Source of the DNA: a virus | Taxonomy: Duplodnaviria > Heunggongvirae > Uroviricota > Caudoviricetes | DNA length: 64,000 nt | IMG/VR virus record: IMGVR_UViG_3300046047_000103 | Strand: one strand, 5' to 3' | Part shown: positions 57,851 to 64,000 of the stretch, piece by piece | How positions within the stretch are numbered: the first letter of the stretch is position 1 | Layout: each line of letters starts with the position of its first letter | Made by a program: the position numbers and the translations under genes | The notes under the pieces: generated by a model | What the model was told of the DNA's origin: nothing | What the model saw: the letters and a program-made list of their open reading frames with translations, nothing else | The model's database searches: none

Positions 57851-57950
57851 ACCGCGCTATACGATGTTGCCGTCATGGTCGCACGATGTTATAATAGATG
57901 CATATCTTGCATACGGAAGACAAGATCATGTACCTAGGAGGACGAGGTAA

Positions 57951-58469
57951 TTGGCAGATCATTCCGCCGGTCGTAGAGTGAACAAGCAGATCAGGTCTAA
58001 GAGGATCACTCTGATCGACATCAATGGTAAGAACGTTGGCGTGTACGATACGGATGTGGCTCTACAGATGGCCGAACGTGATGGATACGATCTGATAGAG
58101 ATGAATGATCATCAGGATCCCCCTATCGTGAAGATCGGTGATTACTCCAGGGAGAAGTACAAGCAGCAGCAGCGTGAGAAGCAGCAGCGGAAGAGTGCTC
58201 GAGCTCAGCAGGTCAAGGAGATCAGGCTGGGTCCGAAGATCGGTGAGCATGATCTTGAGACCAAGTGCAATCAGGCGCTCAAGTTCTTGCAGAGCGGTGA
58301 TAAGGTGAAGTTCAACGTCCAGCTCCGTGGCCGTGAACGTGATCACAGGTCGATCGCATTTGACCTCATCAACAAGGTCGCCAAGTCCCTGGCCGAGGAC
58401 AGCGTGGTCTCAACGCAAGCGTCGGCTAATGGCTCGTTCGTCAGCATGACTCTCTCGCCGTTGCGCTAG
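57951..58469 (+). CDS. infC: translation initiation factor IF-3
   Basis: Matches across both IF-3 domains (RLIDINGKNVGV, DLIEMNDHQDPPIVKIGDY, VKEIRLGPKIGEHDLETK, QSGDKVKFNVQLRGRE). The ORF begins with TTG. Confidence 0.8.
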   Translation: MADHSAGRRVNKQIRSKRITLIDINGKNVGVYDTDVALQMAERDGYDLIEMNDHQDPPIVKIGDYSREKYKQQQREKQQRKSARAQQVKEIRLGPKIGEHDLETKCNQALKFLQSGDKVKFNVQLRGRERDHRSIAFDLINKVAKSLAEDSVVSTQASANGSFVSMTLSPLR

Positions 58470-58508
58470 TACGGCATGTCTTCACGGACGACGTGATATG
58501 ATCGTCAT

Positions 58509-59972
58509 GTGGAGGTGATGAGATTGATGATGAAGAATGGTAAGGTCATGATAGATGACCAAGATCTCTCCGTTGAGATCGGTGAAGCGAAGCGGCTTGG
58601 ATCGCAGTACGCGGAGTCAGATCACGATCTTGCTCTTGTTGGAGGACCGGTACGTGACCTGATGCTCGGATCGCATCCGAAGGACTTCGATATGACCACG
58701 GACGCCAGACCGGATGTCTCCGAGCGGATCTTGAAGGCGTGGGGATCGTCATTCTGGAACGTGGGTAAGAAGTACGGTACGATCGGTGCTGGCAGGGATG
58801 TCAGCAATGGTGTCCACATGGACGTCGAGGTCACCACGTACCGCAGCGATTCGTATGATGGGCGATCTCGCAAGCCTGCCGTGAAGTGGGGATCATCCCT
58901 GGAGGGTGACCTGCATCGTCGTGACTTCACCATGAATGCAATGGCCATCACCCTCCCCGGAATGAAGCTCGTGGATCCGTTCCATGGAGCGGAGGCTATA
59001 AAGAACAAGATCATCATGACGCCGGGTTCCCCGTATGACTCATTCAATGATGACCCGCTGCGGATGCTTCGTGCGGTCAGGTTCGCTGGCAAGCTTGGAT
59101 TCCATCTTGACGGCAGGGTGCTTGACGCGATCCGTGAGATGGCGCCGCGTCTGGATGAGATCAGCCGTGAACGGGTGTCTGACGAGTTGTCGAAGATCAT
59201 GCTGTCCGCCCATCCTGTGGACGCTCTGAAGCTGATGATGGATTCAGGTCTGATGGATCATGTGCTTCCTGAGTTCTCGGAGCTGAAGAGAAGTGATGCG
59301 ACGAGCCGTGGGATGCATAAGCTGAATTACGAGCATTCCCTCACGGTGCTGGAGAACGCGATCAGCATGGAGGACAGGCTCGGTAACGGGCCAGATCTGA
59401 TTCTTCGACTGTCCGCATTGCTTCATGATGTCGGCAAGGCCAGGACTCGCAGGTTCAATGGTCGCAGGAAGGTCACGTTCGACCAGCATGAATTCGTTGG
59501 TGCAGACATGATTCGGAAGCGTCTGAGGGCATTGAAGTATCCGAATGACGTGGTGAAGACCGTGAGTGATCTTATCGGACTGCATATGAGGGCTCACGGG
59601 TATGAGAGCAACGGATGGACTGATTCAGCCGTGCGGAGATTCGTGCATGAGGTTGGACCGTTGTATGATCGTCTCATGATTCTTACAAGAGCGGATGTGA
59701 CCACGTCCCATGCATCAAAAAAGGTGCGGGTGATGAAGAGCATCGACTCTCTTGAAGCGCATGTGGACAAGCTCTGGAAGATGGACGATCTGAATGCTGT
59801 CAGACCTGAGATCGATGGGAATGAGATCATGAAGATCCTTCAGATTCGACCTGGTAAGATCGTTGGCCAGTGCTATCGTCATATGCTTGAGTACAGGATC
59901 GTGAACGGTGCGGTCGGCCATGCAGCCGCGGTCCAGGAGCTGAAGAGATTCTACGCGGAGATCGCAGGTTGA
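58509..59972 (+). CDS. cca: CCA-adding tRNA nucleotidyltransferase with an HD domain
   Basis: LVGGPVRDLMLG, DFDMTTDARP, RRDFTMNAMA and LHDVGK. Confidence 0.8.
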   Translation: MEVMRLMMKNGKVMIDDQDLSVEIGEAKRLGSQYAESDHDLALVGGPVRDLMLGSHPKDFDMTTDARPDVSERILKAWGSSFWNVGKKYGTIGAGRDVSNGVHMDVEVTTYRSDSYDGRSRKPAVKWGSSLEGDLHRRDFTMNAMAITLPGMKLVDPFHGAEAIKNKIIMTPGSPYDSFNDDPLRMLRAVRFAGKLGFHLDGRVLDAIREMAPRLDEISRERVSDELSKIMLSAHPVDALKLMMDSGLMDHVLPEFSELKRSDATSRGMHKLNYEHSLTVLENAISMEDRLGNGPDLILRLSALLHDVGKARTRRFNGRRKVTFDQHEFVGADMIRKRLRALKYPNDVVKTVSDLIGLHMRAHGYESNGWTDSAVRRFVHEVGPLYDRLMILTRADVTTSHASKKVRVMKSIDSLEAHVDKLWKMDDLNAVRPEIDGNEIMKILQIRPGKIVGQCYRHMLEYRIVNGAVGHAAAVQELKRFYAEIAG

Positions 59973-60517
59973 TCTGATCCGTGATGGAAGTAGATCGTAT
60001 CGATCCCCGGTCCCCGATGATCTTTCAAGACCTTGCCTACCGTCCAGCCCCTCTTCCCAAGGATATGGATCTGCGTGGCGTTAGTGCTCCATGTTCTGAG
60101 CCATATGCCCTCCGGGTGCATGGACTTGACGGTCGAGTACAGGGCGTGAGCATGGCCCTGACCGCGATGATCCCCACGAATGGCTATCACCTGCAGATAC
60201 GTCACGTCATGCAGATCTGCATCGTCCTCGTCATGATGTGATTTTATGATGGCTATTCCGACAAGTTCACGATCATCATAGAGGAAGACTCCTTCAAGCC
60301 CTATCAGCTCTTGCACATACCCGTCAAGGCCCGATGGGAAGCGTGTGGACAGTGGCGGGAGGAACATGCTGTCCACATCAGCGAGTAACGATCTGATCTC
60401 AATCTTCATGGTGTCAGGAATGTGGTCAATGATCGTCAAGGCAACGGGTTTCTTATCCATGAGGATGTCCTTGTATAGGGTCGATACTGATGTGAGGTCT
60501 TGCTCGATGCAGATCAA
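59951..60517 (-). CDS. GNAT-family acetyltransferase (tentative)
   Basis: IAIRGDHRGQGHAHALY resembles GNAT motif A. Confidence 0.4.
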   Translation of the reverse strand: MICIEQDLTSVSTLYKDILMDKKPVALTIIDHIPDTMKIEIRSLLADVDSMFLPPLSTRFPSGLDGYVQELIGLEGVFLYDDRELVGIAIIKSHHDEDDADLHDVTYLQVIAIRGDHRGQGHAHALYSTVKSMHPEGIWLRTWSTNATQIHILGKRGWTVGKVLKDHRGPGIDTIYFHHGSDQPAISA

Positions 60518-60522
60518 CGATA

Positions 60523-61401
60523 TCAGAACGTGAACACGATCTTGAGTCTGCAGGTGTCAAGCAGCTTCAGATTGTATGAGAGACGATCGATGTCTGACAG
60601 CATGGACTGCAACGATCTGCTGCTACCGAGTCTGGATAAGATCATGCCTTCAGGTGAGATCACCCATTCAGGATGCTGCGCGTCTTGATGGTCGAAGATC
60701 TTGGGCTTCCTGCCGATCCATGCAAGAGCTGGCTTCATAGATGCGGACAGGTTGAGGACAGCGTCAGACCACGCTTCAGCATAAGCGGTCTTCACGCCCT
60801 CCTTCCTCAGATCGTTCCAGGTGATGTCCTCATTCCTGATAGCATCATAGATCCCGACACTTACCGTCTTATGAATGATCGTGCTGTCCTTACTGATCCC
60901 CTCCGACCATGACGCGATCTGCTCCAGTCCACCCGAGTACAAGCCCATACGATCGAGTTCACCGTCTGATGAGACGCTCCGGACGTCTGACCACCATTCG
61001 GGTCTGCGCATGATCGAATCTGCGGAAGGCCTCCATATGGGCTCGAAGATCAATGGTTCTCCAGATCTGTGATGATCCCGCACCATGCGGATGAGTCGCA
61101 TGCTGATGAGCGCGCGGGCTGACGACATCTCCTGGGATGCAGGTGTCCGCAGTGTCTTCATGACCGGGGGATCAGTCTTGTCATGATCTTCCAGCCAGGC
61201 CACGGCTGCATTCTTGTCCGTCCAGTGTCTCATGGGCTTCCCGTTCTTATCCCTATGATTACGGCACTGCTTCGGGTCTTTCGCATAGCATTTCTCAAGA
61301 CGTCCATCAGATATGACCCAGGAGATCTTCGACATGGTATGAAGATATGCAGATCTGGGCTCTTGTAGGATGCGGACAAGACCTGGCGGCGATGATAGCA
61401 T
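60523..61401 (-). CDS. Cys/His-module family protein
   Basis: VISDGRLEKCYAKDPKQCRNH. Confidence 0.45.
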   Translation of the reverse strand: MLSSPPGLVRILQEPRSAYLHTMSKISWVISDGRLEKCYAKDPKQCRNHRDKNGKPMRHWTDKNAAVAWLEDHDKTDPPVMKTLRTPASQEMSSARALISMRLIRMVRDHHRSGEPLIFEPIWRPSADSIMRRPEWWSDVRSVSSDGELDRMGLYSGGLEQIASWSEGISKDSTIIHKTVSVGIYDAIRNEDITWNDLRKEGVKTAYAEAWSDAVLNLSASMKPALAWIGRKPKIFDHQDAQHPEWVISPEGMILSRLGSSRSLQSMLSDIDRLSYNLKLLDTCRLKIVFTF

Positions 61402-61523
61402 CTACGGCCACCGGGTACGTCTGGACTCTCGTGGACACGCCGGCTAAGTAAGATCATAAAAAGTTTTTTGGCTACGGGTCTCAACGTTTAGAGCATATCT
61501 GCAAAAGATCTTCCTGATAGATG

Positions 61524-61552
61524 TTGCATTCATGCTAGCTCCGTGATATATT
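61524..61552 (+). promoter_or_regulatory. sigma-70-like promoter (TTGCAT, 17-nt spacer, TGaTATATT)
   Basis: Read directly from the sequence. Sits in an AT-rich region upstream of repeat copy B and the tRNA cluster. Confidence 0.4.
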
Positions 61553-61651
61553 ATCTATTGTATTTGAAAGTTAAACAACTTGAATACAAGTTCGGGTTGA
61601 GCACCGTGTTACAGACGGAACGCTCCTGGCGTCCGAGAGGCGTCAGTCAAA

Positions 61652-61738
61652 CCCCTGCTAGTAATCAGGGTTGACGTGAACGAGGATTCTCGGTAACGGC
61701 GACGGGTTTAACCAAGAATAACGGTTACTAGCAACTGT
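61652..61738. repeat. ~87-bp leader-like repeat, copy B
   Basis: About 88% identical to 4..90. Confidence 0.7.
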
Positions 61739-61779
61739 CAACGTTCATAGGGAACGCTACTGATAAGGAACTGGAGGTC

Positions 61780-61929
61780 ATGATGGCAGCATTGCGTACA
61801 GTCAAATCAATGCGGTCGGCTCTTCAGGGCCAGTGGCCGCTTCAATCAGCTATGGATTATCAGCGCCTGAGTAGCGCAACGGCGTGCCTGATTAAGCATG
61901 TCTTTAATCCAGCGAGGATGATTGCGTAA
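61780..61929 (+). CDS. possible small ORF (48-49 aa) downstream of repeat copy B
   Basis: GGAGG RBS and ATGATG start. A terminator follows immediately. Confidence 0.25.
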   Translation: MMAALRTVKSMRSALQGQWPLQSAMDYQRLSSATACLIKHVFNPARMIA

Positions 61930-61952
61930 CGTTGTAGATCTGTGGAAACAGA

Positions 61953-61992
61953 AACGGCGCAATCTTATCACGGGGATTGCGCCGTTCTTTGT
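61953..61992 (+). terminator. Rho-independent terminator-like hairpin
   Basis: aacggcgcaatc-ttatcacggg-gattgcgccgtt gives a 12-bp perfect stem, then ctttgtatctg. Confidence 0.55.
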
Positions 61993-62015
61993 ATCTGTCA
62001 CATAATTGAAGATTA

Positions 62016-62089
62016 CGGGTCGTAGCCCAGCTTGGTAGGGCGCCTCGTTCGGGACGAGGAGGCCGCGGGTTCAAATCCCGCCAACCCGA
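62016..62089 (+). tRNA. tRNA-Pro (anticodon CGG)
   Basis: Cloverleaf folded by hand. D arm gccc/gggc, anticodon arm cctcg-ttcggga-cgagg, T arm gcggg-ttcaaat-cccgc. One C.A mismatch in the acceptor stem. No encoded CCA. Confidence 0.7.
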
Positions 62090-62180
62090 CACGCCGTGGG
62101 AACACGATTGTCAACGACCGTGTTATCATGGATAACGCCGCGCTTCACGGAGCGTCGATAACTTAAGAATGCACCATCAA

Positions 62181-62254
62181 CGGGATGTAGCGCAGCTTGG
62201 TAGCGCGCTTGCTTTGGGAGCAAGATGCCGCAGGTTCGAATCCTGTCATCCCGA
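62181..62254 (+). tRNA. tRNA-Pro (anticodon UGG)
   Basis: Acceptor cgggatg/catcccg is a perfect pair. Anticodon arm cttgc-tttggga-gcaag. T arm gcagg-ttcgaat-cctgt. Confidence 0.75.
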
Positions 62255-62792
62255 CGATGATCGCCTGATTCTCGTGACTGACTGATCGAGTGACGCTCGT
62301 GAAGATCAGCCGCGATGGTGATCTGAATAACTGAATACAGAACTGCTCGCACCAGTTGGAAGCAAAGTGCGCGACGGCCCGGGTACCGGAATGTGAAAGA
62401 ACTCACCCTGCTTGGTCACGAAGATCACCATGTAGTCGATGGTGCAGTGACGGAGCGCCTGAATACAGGATCGAGCATGGGGAAGCCATCGCCCTGATTC
62501 TTGAAGGTCCGTATGGATCTGATGGAGATGTACATTGTACGTCAGCAACGCGATGATAACTCATGAACGGGATTACCAGCGTCATTCATGGAATGTTGAC
62601 GACCCGTAGACATAAACAAGTTCCTTCAGATTATCTTCAAAACGATGCAGATCTGCGGTCGGTGCGATGCAGATCTGAGGTCGTCGTCCCACCGGTGAGA
62701 TGCACCGGCAACCGTTGATGATGCTGTGACCGCATCATTGACAGCACATGTGGTCATCGTCGTGCTGGCGGACGTGAAACGCCAGTTCTTAT

Positions 62793-62867
62793 TCCCCGGG
62801 AGCAACCTTCGGCGGCTGCGATCGACTGTTAATCGATAGAGAGCTGGTTCGACTCCAGTCCGGGGAG
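62793..62867 (+). tRNA. tRNA-Asn (anticodon GUU), with an atypical D arm
   Basis: Acceptor tccccgg/ccgggga. Anticodon arm atcga-ctgttaa-tcgat. T arm gctgg-ttcgact-ccagt. The D region is 2 nt longer than canonical. Confidence 0.55.
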
Positions 62868-63069
62868 CGATGGTTGAAAAGGGCGAAGATTGTTAAAAGA
62901 TTGCTCATCATTCTGAATCCACGTGGTAGCTCCTCGTGGACGATGATAGGAAAGTCCGGAATCGAAAACTGATGACGATCATACTCTGGTCAATGTGCCA
63001 TACAATCGGGAGGTCCATATCGTAATTCAGCGAGGCCTAGCGAGTAATTGACCTCAAGGTCCATCCAAT

Positions 63070-63146
63070 GCTTTCATGGCCCAATCGGCAGAGGCGCAGG
63101 GCACACTGCAGACCTGTTCATACTGGTTCGACTCCAGTTGGAAGCA
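63070..63146 (+). tRNA. tRNA-like element with a non-canonical anticodon region (possible pseudo- or unusual tRNA)
   Basis: Good acceptor (gctttca/tggaagc) and T arm (actgg-ttcgact-ccagt), and a D arm of the Leu/Ser type (ccaatcggcagaggc). No 5-7-5 anticodon hairpin can be drawn; the best fit is gcagg-gcacactgcaga-cctgt with a 12-nt loop. Confidence 0.3.
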
Positions 63147-63259
63147 CGCAGTATCAGTAGGCTATGAGCTGGCAGCGTGACGCAAGTCATCTTGGTTATC
63201 TGTGACCACCAGCGAGCTGAATGCAATAGCAGACGGGTGAGTGCAAGGCTCACCATCAT

Positions 63260-63344
63260 GGATGATTCGCATAGAGGCCTAGTGCACTTGTCTTGAAAAC
63301 AAGAGTGGGTCACACCACCGGGGGTTCGAATCCCTCATCATCCG
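63260..63344 (+). tRNA. tRNA-Ser (anticodon UGA), type II
   Basis: Acceptor ggatgat/atcatcc is a perfect pair. 3-bp D stem. Anticodon arm cttgt-cttgaaa-acaag. Long variable arm gtgg-gtcaca-ccac. T arm ggggg-ttcgaat-ccctc. Confidence 0.75.
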
Positions 63345-63454
63345 CGACCCGTACGTTGGGTCCATCTGGCGACACGATGGATTGGCGGTCCATCTTCTCC
63401 TGGCGGGGGATAGCCGGTTGATGTGATCGCATACGGATTGCATCGCATACAGAT

Positions 63455-63539
63455 GCCCTCATGGCTGGAATAGGTAGACGCGGACGGCTCAAACCCGTCT
63501 CCCGTAATGGGGATCTCGGTTCGACTCCGAGTGAGGGTA
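63455..63539 (+). tRNA. tRNA-Leu (anticodon CAA), type II
   Basis: Acceptor gccctca/tgagggt. D loop ggaataggtagac. Anticodon arm gacgg-ctcaaac-ccgtc. Long variable arm. T arm ctcgg-ttcgact-ccgag. Confidence 0.7.
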
Positions 63540-63804
63540 CGACGAACACATCGGGCGGCTTAATCACCCGTCCGGTCGTGGGCATACATATGTCGCGCGT
63601 GGACGTGATTGATCCACGTGGATAGCCCGTTGCCAGGCATGTCCCGGCGGAAGTTTGATGCAGATTCTGCGTAGTTCGTCTTCCGTTGGGATCACTTGAA
63701 GACAGGTGCGGCCCGTTGGCTGCGGTGGAAGTGGGGTCCGAGTACCCAACGGTACCGGTTAGACTCCGGCTCCGGCGCGTGGGAACTCATCCATCTCCAT
63801 ATCT

Positions 63805-63878
63805 GCTCTCTTAGCCCAATTGGTAGAGGCGATAGACCAAGGATCTATTCAGTGCGGGTTCGAGTCCCGTGGAGAGCA
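63805..63878 (+). tRNA. tRNA with an unusual anticodon loop CCAAGGA (apparent anticodon AAG, with C at position 33)
   Basis: Acceptor gctctct/ggagagc. Anticodon arm ataga-ccaagga-tctat. T arm gcggg-ttcgagt-cccgt. Confidence 0.45.
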
Positions 63879-64000
63879 CAGATCTCATGACATCCTTACG
63901 GATGTCCTCTGAGATTCAGGGTCGATTCACTGTGGTGGTGATGAACATGCTCAAGGCCCGTCATGCAAGCATAGGAGTATGGAGCGAAGTTCCTATGTGG

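Noticed and set aside
62300-62360. Prophage-host junction (attL/attR) inferred from the duplicated tRNA 3' segment
   Set aside because: Sequence on both sides stays phage-like, with further tRNAs, and no integrase is in the window. It is kept only as a possible recombination scar in the tRNA-like finding.
63735-63775. Additional tRNA suggested by ccggttagactccgg (T-arm-like)
   Set aside because: No complementary acceptor stem or anticodon arm can be drawn around it.
1-64000. Window wrapping around a ~61.6-kb circular genome or terminal redundancy. This was considered because the first ~90 bp resemble 61652..61738.
   Set aside because: Identity is only about 88% and the sequences flanking the two copies are unrelated: one is followed by a 230-aa ORF, the other by a mini-ORF and tRNAs. 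This is a repeated element, not the same locus seen twice.

Overview
The window reads as a segment of a large (jumbo-type) virulent bacteriophage genome, about 53-55% GC. Clues such as a VKOR homolog and a DUF4333-like lipoprotein suggest an actinobacterial-style host; this is inference. Genes are densely packed in alternating strand blocks. No capsid, terminase or tail genes fall in the window. Recognisable content falls into five groups. (1) Nucleotide metabolism: nrdI-nrdE (class Ib RNR), a T4-gp1-like dNMP kinase, and a nucleoside deoxyribosyltransferase-like protein. (2) Replication and recombination: a two-cistron topoisomerase IA, a DnaX clamp-loader subunit, a Toprim (primase-like) protein, a YqaJ/lambda-Exo-like nuclease, and an AAA+ ATPase. 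(3) Translation and RNA repair: IF-3 with a TTG start, a CCA-adding enzyme, a Pnkp-like kinase/phosphoesterase, and a cluster of 6-7 tRNAs at the 3' end. (4) A long + strand block of membrane or envelope proteins: an FtsH C-terminal fragment, LemA, an rIIA-like GHKL ATPase with an rIIB-like partner, VKOR, a TelA-like protein, SPFH/flotillin and a transglycosylase-like protein. TM2, DUF805 and NERD membrane proteins and a CHAP peptidase lie elsewhere. (5) A six-member paralogous family that shares a short N-terminal Cys/His module (PC.A.DP.HC.YH) fused to unrelated C-terminal domains. Non-coding structure is rich. It includes an ~87-bp leader-like repeat at both ends of the window and a three-copy family of large inverted-repeat elements. 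A 1.4-kb control region carries phased direct repeats, a GC-rich island, a GATC cluster and iteron-like tandem repeats. Direct repeats sit upstream of an 837-aa ORF. Palindromic CAGATCTG boxes recur in intergenic regions. GATC appears roughly 4-fold over-represented across the whole window.
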